A stretch of DNA of 64,000 nucleotides from Actinomycetes bacterium (GTDB lineage: Bacteria > Actinomycetota > Actinomycetes > S36-B12). The notes under the pieces are model-generated. The model worked only from the letters and a program-made list of their open reading frames with translations, was not told where the DNA came from and did no database searches. The stretch covers positions 2,290 through 66,289 of the forward strand of contig CBFHQG010000002.1 in the NCBI GenBank assembly GCA_965657825.1, read 5' to 3'. A program made the translations under genes and the position numbers. Shown piece after piece: positions 54,555 through 63,418 of the stretch (position 1 is its first letter; each line of letters opens with the position of its first letter).

Positions 54555-55611
54555 CGTGGGCTGCCGCGGGGTTGAGGACCACCGTCACGCCCTCCCGTCC
54601 GGCTTGATGAGCGGCTTCGATCACGCGTAGATCGGCGACCGCATCTTGAGCGTCCACTGGCGGTGGTGCACCATCGAGGATCGACGCGGCAACCCCCGCG
54701 TAGAACTCCGGCCAGGCCCCGCGCTGGCGTTCCAGAGGTCGAGCGGGGGAGTCGTCGGCCCCGACGTACCAGGCCTGCTCCTCGATCGGCTCCACGCCCC
54801 ATTCCTCAGCGAGGGGCGACATTCCCGCACGCAGAGCATCCTCCTGTCCGTCGAGTCGGGTGATCTCCAGGCCGCCGCGAGTCCCGAGGAGGCGAAGGCG
54901 GGGTTCGGTGAACGCGGTGACAGCGCTCATGATGAGCAGGCTCACACCGCCACCGACATGCCACAGCAGCACCTGGGTGTCGTCATCGCCTCGGACCCCG
55001 TCTCGAAGTGTGCGGACGCTGGCCGCGACCCGTTCCACCGGGCCCATCAGCGCGAGGGATTGATCGATCAAATGACTGCCGAGGTCGTACAGCAGGCCGG
55101 GCATCTCCTCGGGTCCGCCAGTCTCGCGCCAGCCACCCTTGGCTTGAGGACGCCAGCGGTCGAACCGTGATTCCAGACGGTGGACCCGGCCGAGCAGGCC
55201 GTCGTTCATCGCATGTCGGGCAGTGAGGAACTCTGAGTCCCAGCGACGGTTGAAGAACACGTGCAGCGGGCGCCCGTGGGATTCTGCGAGGTCAATCAAT
55301 CCCTGTGCATCCTGTGCGGTCGCAGCGAGAGGCTTGTCGACCACGACTGCCAAGCCTGCGGACAAGGCTGCCCGCGTTTGCGGGACGTGCGCGGAGTTGG
55401 CGGTCGCGATGACCGCGAGGTCGAACTCTTTGGCGTTGCTCCACACCTCGTCAGCGGAGTTATAGATCGCAGCGTTCGGGTGCTCAGTGGACGCCTGGTT
55501 TCGCCTTGCCGGATCGGCTGTCACGATCGCGGCGAGTTCCAGGTGTGGATCCGCGTTGATCAGGGGTGCGTGGAAGTACCGACCGGATAAACCGTAACCG
55601 AGTAGTGCCAC
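54541..55611 (-). CDS. Gfo/Idh/MocA-family oxidoreductase
   Basis: N-terminal Rossmann fold (ALLGYGLSGRYFHAPLI), EKPL-like VVDKPLA motif. Its 3' end overlaps the ROK gene by 14 nt. Confidence 0.8.
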   Translation of the reverse strand: MALLGYGLSGRYFHAPLINADPHLELAAIVTADPARRNQASTEHPNAAIYNSADEVWSNAKEFDLAVIATANSAHVPQTRAALSAGLAVVVDKPLAATAQDAQGLIDLAESHGRPLHVFFNRRWDSEFLTARHAMNDGLLGRVHRLESRFDRWRPQAKGGWRETGGPEEMPGLLYDLGSHLIDQSLALMGPVERVAASVRTLRDGVRGDDDTQVLLWHVGGGVSLLIMSAVTAFTEPRLRLLGTRGGLEITRLDGQEDALRAGMSPLAEEWGVEPIEEQAWYVGADDSPARPLERQRGAWPEFYAGVAASILDGAPPPVDAQDAVADLRVIEAAHQAGREGVTVVLNPAAAHVSPG

Positions 55612-55640
55612 GCGCAGTGGATGCGCGAAGGTATGCAGGG

Positions 55641-56408
55641 TCAGCCCCAGTAGACGTGCACGAGGCCGCCGGTGGGAATCTCGTTGAACAGGTAGATGGA
55701 ATCCTGCAGGTCAGCGACGTTCACGCAGCCGTGCGAGCCGCCGCTGGGGTAGTAGCCGGTGGAGGCGAAGGTCGGGGAGTAGTGCACAGCGATATCACCG
55801 TTGAAGAACAGGGCGTACGGCATGGGGGCACGCGGCACGTCCGGTCCGTTGATGCCCGAGGTCGCATCGCGCCAGCGGAACCAGACGCGGTAGGTGCCCG
55901 TTGGGGTCTCCAGGCCGGGAACACCGAAGCGCACGTCGACAGTTCGGTCGACCTTGCCGTTCTTGATGTAGCGGATCACCTTGGCTGTCTTGTCGATGCA
56001 CAGCACCTTGGATTCGGTCCGGCAGGTGCGTGGCAGAGCACCGACATCACCTGCGACGTCCTTGATGGTCGTCCAGGTGCGCTTGTCGACCGTGCCGTTC
56101 TCCGGCAGGTAGAACTTGTCCTGAGCCTTGCGCACGGCAGCGGTAGTGGAGGAGCCGAGTTTGCCCTCGACCCGCTCCCGCCAGGAGATGTCGTAGCCGA
56201 GCCAGGTCAGGCGGTCCTGCAGGATGCGGACGTGGGCGCCCCGGTCGCGTTCCTTCATCGGCAGGGTCAAGGTGGCCTGGCGGGCTGGATTCTCCAGACG
56301 ATGGGAGTTCTTCTTCGCAGCCTGGGCCGGCGCCGCGATCGCGGGGATCATGGCGAGGGCCAGTGCTGCGGCGGTCATGGCGGAGATCATTCGCCCCCTG
56401 GTGAACAT
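55641..56408 (-). CDS. L,D-transpeptidase (YkuD) with peptidoglycan-binding domain
   Basis: Signal peptide, PG_binding-like GAHVRILQDRLTWLGY, catalytic SGGSHGCVNV. Confidence 0.85.
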   Translation of the reverse strand: MFTRGRMISAMTAAALALAMIPAIAAPAQAAKKNSHRLENPARQATLTLPMKERDRGAHVRILQDRLTWLGYDISWRERVEGKLGSSTTAAVRKAQDKFYLPENGTVDKRTWTTIKDVAGDVGALPRTCRTESKVLCIDKTAKVIRYIKNGKVDRTVDVRFGVPGLETPTGTYRVWFRWRDATSGINGPDVPRAPMPYALFFNGDIAVHYSPTFASTGYYPSGGSHGCVNVADLQDSIYLFNEIPTGGLVHVYWG

Positions 56409-56413
56409 AGGCC

Positions 56414-58078
56414 TCAGTCTACGTCTTCACACCAGCGTGGACTCGTGGTCCGGGGGGGTAGGAATCGGTCACGGATGATCAGCATCCGCGGCCCGGAGCT
56501 GTCGGCGGCCAGAGCGGGGGAGAGTTCGTCGATGGAGGCCAGCATCTGGACCGGGATCCCGAATGCGGCACCCAGTGCCGACCAGTCTGGGGTGAGCAGA
56601 TCCACCCCGCGCTCGGGGTGGCCGAAGACCTGCTGGTCGTAGCGGAGCATCCCGTAGCCACCATCATCGACGATGAGGAGTGTCACCGGTAGTTGCTCTT
56701 GGGCCAGCGTCGCTAACTCGCCGAGGGCGAACATCGGGCCGCCATCCCCGCACACCGCGAGGGCGGGGATACCCGCTGCGGCGGGCCCGATTGCCGCGGG
56801 AAGGGCGTAGCCGAGCGTTCCCCAGCCGACCGGATACTGAAGGCGTCGCGGGCGCGGCTGGGGTGCATAGCCACCCACCCAGTAGCCCGAGACCGCCATA
56901 TCGCACACCACCACGCCGTCGTCGGGCCAGTTCTGTATGGCGTCGACCAACGCCATCGGAGTCGCGGTCGCCGGCTCCTCGCGCAGGCGCTGGCGCACCT
57001 GCTCGGACATGCTCGGATCCGCCCACGCAGGCCGCGAGGCGGACCCTCGAGCATCGAGTGAATCGAGCACTCCTTCGATGGTGGCGACGAGATCGGCAGC
57101 GATGAGGGGATCGAAGTCGAAGGTGCGCGGCAGGGTGGCACCGAGGCCGATCGCGGCGATCCGCGGCGGGATGGGCATCCGCCAGTTGCGGGTGTTCATG
57201 CCGTCGGCATCCGAGCCGATGATGAGCAGTAGATCGGCGCCGGCGATCAGATCGGCGACCTCCGGTTCGTGCACCGGCGCGGTGACGATGGCCGGACGAT
57301 CGGCGAGCAATCCGCGACCGGCGTATGTCGTCACCACGGGAGCCCCCAGCCGGTCGGCCAGCCTGCTGACCGCCTGTTCCCCTGCATGCCCGCACTGCAC
57401 GACCCCGCCACCGGCCCAGATCGCGATGCGAGGGCTTGCCTCGATCAGGGAAGTCAGGTCGGCCACATCCGCTTCGCTGGGCGCAGGGGGAGCGATGGGG
57501 CGAGCAGGTGCGCCGGTAGCGGGTTCACCGGGATCGGCGGAGAGGAGGTCCGAGGGGATGCCGAGGTAGCGCGGAGCGGTCGGGGTCGTCCTCGCAGCCG
57601 CGATCGCCCCGTGGATCGCAGCCAGCGCCTCACCGGTGGAGCGGGCCGTCGTCGCAACGGCTCCGTGTTCGGCGAATGCGGCGAACATCGCGGCCTGATC
57701 GGTCATCTCATGCAGGATCCCGCGGGGCGCACCCGGTTCACCCGGCCCCGCCTGACGCAGGGCACTGGACACATCGCTGGCGATCACCAGGATCGGCGAG
57801 CCGCAGGTGGCAGCCTCGCCGAAGGCCGCGAGGGCATTGGCTGCACCAGGTCCGGTGGTGGTGATCGCCACCCCCAGCCGCCCCGTGGCCCGGGCGTACC
57901 CGTCGGCGGCGTAGACCGCTGCCTGCTCGTGGCGGACCCCGATGATCCGCGGATGACCCTCCCGATGTGCTGACCACAGCGGCAGGTTGTGCACCCCGGG
58001 CAGGCCGAAGACGACCTCGACCCCGGATTCGGCGAGCGCATCGAGCAGGGCTGCTCCCAGGCTCGATTCGTCGCTCAC
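56414..58078 (-). CDS. Thiamine-pyrophosphate-dependent enzyme (acetolactate-synthase-like family)
   Basis: Only the 554 C-terminal codons of the 1072-aa track ORF were kept (in-frame GTG start 58078: VSDESSLGAALLDALAESGVEVVFGLPG...). TPP motif GDGGPMFALGELATLAQ...VDDGGYG. Confidence 0.8.
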   Translation of the reverse strand: MSDESSLGAALLDALAESGVEVVFGLPGVHNLPLWSAHREGHPRIIGVRHEQAAVYAADGYARATGRLGVAITTTGPGAANALAAFGEAATCGSPILVIASDVSSALRQAGPGEPGAPRGILHEMTDQAAMFAAFAEHGAVATTARSTGEALAAIHGAIAAARTTPTAPRYLGIPSDLLSADPGEPATGAPARPIAPPAPSEADVADLTSLIEASPRIAIWAGGGVVQCGHAGEQAVSRLADRLGAPVVTTYAGRGLLADRPAIVTAPVHEPEVADLIAGADLLLIIGSDADGMNTRNWRMPIPPRIAAIGLGATLPRTFDFDPLIAADLVATIEGVLDSLDARGSASRPAWADPSMSEQVRQRLREEPATATPMALVDAIQNWPDDGVVVCDMAVSGYWVGGYAPQPRPRRLQYPVGWGTLGYALPAAIGPAAAGIPALAVCGDGGPMFALGELATLAQEQLPVTLLIVDDGGYGMLRYDQQVFGHPERGVDLLTPDWSALGAAFGIPVQMLASIDELSPALAADSSGPRMLIIRDRFLPPRTTSPRWCEDVD

Positions 58079-58132
58079 GGGACATATCCCACCACCCCGC
58101 CGCCGGGGATGCCGAGGTGGGAGGATGCCGGC

Positions 58133-59629
58133 ATGACGAACTTCGTGTCCCGCAATCCCGCCCGCTTCGACGAGGTCATCATGGAGGTGCCCCTGGCCAC
58201 CTCCATCGAGGTGACCGAGGCCTGCCGAGTAGCCAAGGCTGCCCAGCCCGAGTGGGCCTCGATCCCCGCCCCTGCGCGGGGCCGTGTGATCGCCCAGGTC
58301 GGTCGATTGGTGGAGGCGAATAAGGAGGCGCTCTCGGCGCTGGTGACACGTGAGATCGGCAAGGTCTACGCCGAAGCCCTCGGTGAAGTGCAGGAGGTCA
58401 TCGACACCTGTGACTTCTTCCTCGGCGAAGGCCGGCGTCTGTACGGCCAGACCGTGCCCAGTGAGATGCCGGACAAGCAGTTGCTGACCTTCCGGATGCC
58501 GGTCGGCACAGCAGCGATCGTCACCGCGGCGAACTTCCCGGCGGCCGTGCCCTCGTGGTACATCGTGCCGGCACTCGTCACCGGCAACACCATCGTGTGG
58601 AAGCCCGCCGAGCATGCCGCAGCGATCGCCCTGGCAATGGCGGAGTTGTTCTACGCGGGCGGTGTGCCCCGGGATGTGTTGAAGGTCGTCGTCGCCGATG
58701 GTCCGACGACCTTCGATGGGCTTGATGCGGCCATGCAGGCGGGATACGTCAACAAACTCGGCTTCACCGGATCGACCGATGTCGGGCGTCGTCTGGGTGA
58801 ACTCGCCGGGCGCCACCTGCAGTCGCCATGTCTGGAGCTCGGTGGAAAGAACCCGATGGTCGTCATGCCCGACGCCGACCTCGACCTGGTCATCGAAGGT
58901 GCGTTGTTCTCTGGATTCGGCTCCGCCGGCCAGCGGTGTACCTCGCTGGGCACGATGTGGGTGCACCGCGACATCTACGAGGTGGTGCGCGATCGGTTCG
59001 TTGCCGCGACGCAGAACGCGATCGTCGGCGACCCCTTCGCCGATGTGCTGTTCGGACCGCTGATCGACGAGAAGTACCTGGTCAATCACGACAAGCACCT
59101 CGGGCTCATCGCCGATCACCACACGGTCTACGGCTCCACCGCGGTCGGGCGGATCACATCGTCGCAGCCACGGGCAGGGTTCATCGGTGACCCCGACGGC
59201 GGTTGGTTCGCCCATCCGACGATCGTCGAAGGTATCCGTCCGGGTGATGCGCTCTACGACACCGAGACCTTTGGCCCACTGGTCGGTCTCGGAGTCTTCG
59301 ACACCCTCGACGAGGCCATCGAGTTGAGCAACGGTCACGGCTACGGACTCTCCAGTGCCATCTACTCCTCTGATCCCTACTCGATCTGGAAGTTCCGCCA
59401 GGGCATCTCCGCGGGAATGTTGTCGGTGAACAACACGACATCGGGTGCCGAGGCACACCTGCCATTCGGTGGCAACGGCCGCAGTGGGAATGGTTCGCGG
59501 CAGAGCGGCGTGTGGGTACTGGATCAGTTCACCCGGTGGCAGTCGATGAACTGGGATTACAGCGGCAAGCTGCAGAAGGCGCAGATGGACCTCATCGAGC
59601 TGCCCTGCGATTTGGATTTCCGTCTGTGA
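58133..59629 (+). CDS. Aldehyde dehydrogenase family protein
   Basis: Trimmed to MTNFVSRNPA (SD gggagga upstream). LELGGKNP and FSGFGSAGQRCTS (catalytic Cys) motifs. Confidence 0.85.
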   Translation: MTNFVSRNPARFDEVIMEVPLATSIEVTEACRVAKAAQPEWASIPAPARGRVIAQVGRLVEANKEALSALVTREIGKVYAEALGEVQEVIDTCDFFLGEGRRLYGQTVPSEMPDKQLLTFRMPVGTAAIVTAANFPAAVPSWYIVPALVTGNTIVWKPAEHAAAIALAMAELFYAGGVPRDVLKVVVADGPTTFDGLDAAMQAGYVNKLGFTGSTDVGRRLGELAGRHLQSPCLELGGKNPMVVMPDADLDLVIEGALFSGFGSAGQRCTSLGTMWVHRDIYEVVRDRFVAATQNAIVGDPFADVLFGPLIDEKYLVNHDKHLGLIADHHTVYGSTAVGRITSSQPRAGFIGDPDGGWFAHPTIVEGIRPGDALYDTETFGPLVGLGVFDTLDEAIELSNGHGYGLSSAIYSSDPYSIWKFRQGISAGMLSVNNTTSGAEAHLPFGGNGRSGNGSRQSGVWVLDQFTRWQSMNWDYSGKLQKAQMDLIELPCDLDFRL

Positions 59630-60777
59630 CACCTGCGCTGCCCGAGCGGGCCGATGTCGTCATCGTCGGCGGCGGGGTGATGGGGGCGTCGACAGCGTTC
59701 CACCTCGCTGAGGCCGGTGTCGATTGCCTGCTTGTCGAACGTGGCGACCTCGCGGGCGGGTCGACGTCGAGGGCGGCCGGTGGAGTGCGAGCCAACTTCT
59801 CTGATGAGCTCAACATCTCCCTGGGTCTGCGGTCCCTGGAGTTGTTCGAGGCATTCGAGCAGCGCCCGGGTCAGGGAATCGACCTGCATCGCAGTGGTTA
59901 CCTGTTCGTGCTCACCTCTCCTGAGGAGGTCTCGACCTTCGAACGGACCGTCGCACTGCAGAACTCCCTCGGGGTGGAGTCACGCATGGTCGACGCCGAG
60001 GAGGCCGTACGGCTGTCCCCGCTGCTGGATCCCGAGGGTGTCCTCGCGGCCGCCTGGTCGCCGCGCGATGGGCATTGCGCACCGGAATCTGTTGTGCTCG
60101 GGTACGCCACCGGTGCACGTCGTCACGGTGCGACCGTTCGGACCGGGGTGGAGGTGACGGGTATCGATTCGGTGGGGGGCGAGATCGCGGCGGTGCACAC
60201 GACCGCTGGCGTGGTGCGAACCGACTGTGTCGTGGACTGCGCGGGTGCGTGGTCACCGCAGATCGCCGCCTACATCGGGGTGGATCTGCCCGTGACGCCC
60301 TACCGCCGGGAGTTGCTCGTCACCGAGCCGATGCCCGAGCCGATCGATATGGCATTCACCATCGAATACGGCACGAGTCTGTACTGGCACCGCGAGGGTC
60401 GCGGCATCCTGACCGGCTTCTCCGATAAGGCGAATCCGGCCGGCTTCGATCTCGAGCGCGATCCGGAGTTCCCCGCGAAACTCGCCGAACTCGCCGAGCG
60501 CCGCGCGCCTGCGCTGCTCGACCTTGGAGTCCAGACCGGTTGGTCGGGCCTGTATGAGGTGACCCCCGACCACAACGCCCTGCTCGGTGAGGCCCGTGAC
60601 GTGTCACGGTTCCTCTACGCCACCGGGTTCTCCGGGCACGGGTTCCTGCAGGGGCCGGCCGTGGGGGAGATCCTGCGTGACCTGTACCTCGGCATGGCGC
60701 CGTTCGTGGATATCTCCCCCCTCGATGTGCATCGCTTCACCACCGGGGAGTTGCGCCCCGAACTCAACATCGTCTAG
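59626..60777 (+). CDS. FAD-dependent oxidoreductase (DAO / sarcosine-oxidase-beta-like)
   Basis: The GTG start overlaps the ALDH stop (GTGA). ADVVIVGGGVMGASTAFHLAEAG dinucleotide motif. GFSGHGFLQGP near the C-terminus. Confidence 0.8.
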   Translation: MTPALPERADVVIVGGGVMGASTAFHLAEAGVDCLLVERGDLAGGSTSRAAGGVRANFSDELNISLGLRSLELFEAFEQRPGQGIDLHRSGYLFVLTSPEEVSTFERTVALQNSLGVESRMVDAEEAVRLSPLLDPEGVLAAAWSPRDGHCAPESVVLGYATGARRHGATVRTGVEVTGIDSVGGEIAAVHTTAGVVRTDCVVDCAGAWSPQIAAYIGVDLPVTPYRRELLVTEPMPEPIDMAFTIEYGTSLYWHREGRGILTGFSDKANPAGFDLERDPEFPAKLAELAERRAPALLDLGVQTGWSGLYEVTPDHNALLGEARDVSRFLYATGFSGHGFLQGPAVGEILRDLYLGMAPFVDISPLDVHRFTTGELRPELNIV

Positions 60778-60786
60778 CCGACCCTT

Positions 60787-60849
60787 CGTCTGAGTCACAG
60801 TTGTGGTCGTTAACTCACGGAGTTAACGACCACAACTGTGACTCAGACG
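60787..60849. terminator. Perfect 30-bp-arm palindrome (3-nt loop) between convergent genes; bidirectional terminator or cruciform candidate
   Basis: cgtctgagtcacagttgtggtcgttaactc-acg-gagttaacgaccacaactgtgactcagacg with no mismatch. About 47% GC. No flanking U/A tracts. Confidence 0.6.
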
Positions 60850-60864
60850 CGAAGTGGGTGGGGG

Positions 60865-62412
60865 TTAGGCGCGGGATTCGAACATGCCCAGCAGGGCGGC
60901 GACTCCGAGGACCGAACGCGGCGCGTAGGCGACCCGCCACAGGCCCCCGTGATTGGCCCCCTGGATGAACAGGTCGAGTGGGTGATCGAGGACCACGCGA
61001 GGATCGGCCGCCGCGTCTGGATTGCGCAGATCATGCACCAGGAGCGCCGCCATCAGCGTCGTCGACGTCGCCGGTTCGAATACCTCCACGCCGAAGCGTC
61101 CCGCACCGGCGTAGGCCGCGGCCAGCGCGCGATTCTTCACCACCGAGGCTGTACGGGTCGCCGGCGCGATGTTCAGCGACACCCGATGACCCGCCTCCCG
61201 CAGCATCGTCGCCCGCCAGCGCTGGAACCGCTTGGCGAGCGCATAGTTGGGACCCTGCTGGGGCACGAGGCTGTCGTTGACCCCCACCTGGCGACCACTG
61301 GTCATCGTCACCACATCGGGGTAGTTCGGAGCGAACTGCCGCGCCAGGCGGAGGGGGGCCTGGAACACTCGTCCGGCACCGCGCTGCGCCCAGCGCGCCC
61401 GGGATTCCTCCACCGCCTCGAGGGGCACCATGAATACATCGGTGGGTGTGGCGAGGTAGGCCAGGGTCGAGCCGGGGAACCGCTCGGCGATATCGGTCAT
61501 GATCGCGTCGGTGGCCAGCGATAGTCGCACATGGGTCGCCCCATCCGCGTATGTGTAATTTCCCACCACCATGGGTCGACCGATGCGGGCGAGCCACGTG
61601 CGCACCTGGGGGGCGCGGCCGAGCAGATCGGCCCCGGCCAACGCGGCGAGTGTCGCATCATCGTCCTCGCCGACCACGGCCCCATCGCGAAATGCCTCCG
61701 GCAGCGTGCCCCGCTCGATGGGCAGGTGCAAGGTTCCGGCTGTCGCTCGCGCGGTGTTGATCAGGTGCTGCCACACCGCCGGGCGCGGCAGGTCGACCGC
61801 GTGCACACGAGCGCCCCAGCGCAGGAGAGAACGGGTCGGACCCATCTCAGCCCCGGCGCCGAGCACGGCCACATCGATGTCGGAGAGATCCAGCCAGTCG
61901 GGGTTATCCAGCACCATCTCGACGGCTGCGGCGAAACTCGGCTCGGCGATCCCGGTGTCGATCCAGGCGTGCAACTGCCGACGCAGGTCATCGCCGAACA
62001 GTCGTCGACCGCGGTAGGGCACTGACAGGTCGCGCTCGCGCATCGCCGTGCCGCGCACGGTGAGGGTGTCGTATCCGGGCTCGGTGTCGTGAGCGAACGC
62101 CTCGGCGATGCTCGTCATCCCCTCGGCACGGGAGTACCCGGCGTGAGCGATCAGCGATTCCGCGCCGGCCGCTGACATCTGCGCAGCACCCGTGGGATCC
62201 GCCGCCGCCGAGGTCAGGAGCGCTCGGAATGCCTCGACGTAGTCGCGGTGCCAGCGGGGCAGGCCGGCGATCCAATCGGCCAGGACCGGATCGTGGACCC
62301 GCGCGGCGTCGGCGACGACAGCCTGGCCGATGCGGGTCGAACTCACGCGGCCATCCGGTCCCGGTCGCAGCACGACACCGTGCTGGGCTGCAGAGGAGGT
62401 GGGGGCGCTCAT
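60865..62412 (-). CDS. Conserved-looking hypothetical protein with Rossmann-type motif (possible atypical SDR-like enzyme)
   Basis: 515 aa. DVAVLGAGAEMGPTRSLLRWGARVHAVD (GxGxxxG then acidic end of beta2). Later GPNYALAKR (YxxxK-like). N-terminal ~170 aa unassigned. Confidence 0.5.
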   Translation of the reverse strand: MSAPTSSAAQHGVVLRPGPDGRVSSTRIGQAVVADAARVHDPVLADWIAGLPRWHRDYVEAFRALLTSAAADPTGAAQMSAAGAESLIAHAGYSRAEGMTSIAEAFAHDTEPGYDTLTVRGTAMRERDLSVPYRGRRLFGDDLRRQLHAWIDTGIAEPSFAAAVEMVLDNPDWLDLSDIDVAVLGAGAEMGPTRSLLRWGARVHAVDLPRPAVWQHLINTARATAGTLHLPIERGTLPEAFRDGAVVGEDDDATLAALAGADLLGRAPQVRTWLARIGRPMVVGNYTYADGATHVRLSLATDAIMTDIAERFPGSTLAYLATPTDVFMVPLEAVEESRARWAQRGAGRVFQAPLRLARQFAPNYPDVVTMTSGRQVGVNDSLVPQQGPNYALAKRFQRWRATMLREAGHRVSLNIAPATRTASVVKNRALAAAYAGAGRFGVEVFEPATSTTLMAALLVHDLRNPDAAADPRVVLDHPLDLFIQGANHGGLWRVAYAPRSVLGVAALLGMFESRA

Positions 62413-62458
62413 CGTGCGGCTCAGATTACCCCGGATGAATCATTCGATGGCAGGTCGG

Positions 62459-63418
62459 TCAACGGGAACGCTCGGCGATGTAGACACCGGTCAGGACGAC
62501 GAGGCCGCCGATGATCTGGAGGGGCGTGAGGATCTCACTGAGCGCGACCCACGCCACGATCGAAGCGAGGACCGGCTCGATCATCCCGATGGTCGAGGCT
62601 TGGGCCGAGGTGAGGTGGTGCAGCGAGGCGACGACGAGCCAGAACGGGGCGACGGTGCCGAGGATCACCATCCAGGCCACGAGCATCGACACCGGTACCT
62701 GCGGACCATCGACGCCGAGTGGCTGGCCGGAGCCACCCAGTTGCTCCCACGGATAGGACCACCACGGTTGGACGATCGCGAAGAACAGGGCCGCAGCGCC
62801 GAACCCCCACATGGTCAAGGAGATGGTGTCGCGGCCATTGGGGCGATGGACCTGGTGCTCGGCGAGGATGTAGTAGTTGGCCAGGGCCGCGGCGGCCCCG
62901 AACGCCGCGGCGACCCCGAGCACATCGAGGGAGAAGCCCTGCCACACCTGGGCGATGAGGACGAGACCAGCGAGTGCGAGCGCCAAACCCACCCACACCG
63001 TTGGCCGGACAGCCTCGCGTCGGCCGAACCGGAACCACAGGGCGACCATGATCGGCGCGGTGAACTCGATGATGAGAGCGACACCGACGGCGAGTCGCTC
63101 GATAGCGAGGAAGAACAGCCACTGGGTCATCGCGATGCCGAGGACGCCGAAGGCGAGCAGGAGCGCGATCTCATCCTTCCGGATACGCAACGCCGACCGG
63201 CGGGTGATCGCGACGATCACCAGCATGATCAAGAACGCCGCGGTGACACGGAGTTCGGTCAATCGAGCGGCGGAGATCCCGGTGACGAGGATCGACTTGC
63301 TGACGGTGCCGTTGATGGCGAAGAGCAATGCGGCGATGGCGTAGACGGAGTAGCCGAGGGGCTGCCGGCGGTGCTTGGCGGTGGGGATGCCGGGGAGCGG
63401 TTCGGCGAGCTCGGTCAC
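62459..63418 (-). CDS. EamA/DMT-family transporter
   Basis: Trimmed to the GTG at 63418 (VTELAEPLPG...). 10 TM segments in two EamA halves. The start overlaps the upstream stop. Confidence 0.8.
   Translation of the reverse strand: MTELAEPLPGIPTAKHRRQPLGYSVYAIAALLFAINGTVSKSILVTGISAARLTELRVTAAFLIMLVIVAITRRSALRIRKDEIALLLAFGVLGIAMTQWLFFLAIERLAVGVALIIEFTAPIMVALWFRFGRREAVRPTVWVGLALALAGLVLIAQVWQGFSLDVLGVAAAFGAAAALANYYILAEHQVHRPNGRDTISLTMWGFGAAALFFAIVQPWWSYPWEQLGGSGQPLGVDGPQVPVSMLVAWMVILGTVAPFWLVVASLHHLTSAQASTIGMIEPVLASIVAWVALSEILTPLQIIGGLVVLTGVYIAERSR

Noticed and set aside
58079-59632. Upper two-thirds of the 1072-aa minus-strand ORF 56414..59632
   Set aside because: It is antisense to a well-supported aldehyde dehydrogenase gene, has Arg/Gly/His-rich nonsense-like composition, and the TPP-enzyme homology begins only at the in-frame GTG at 58078.
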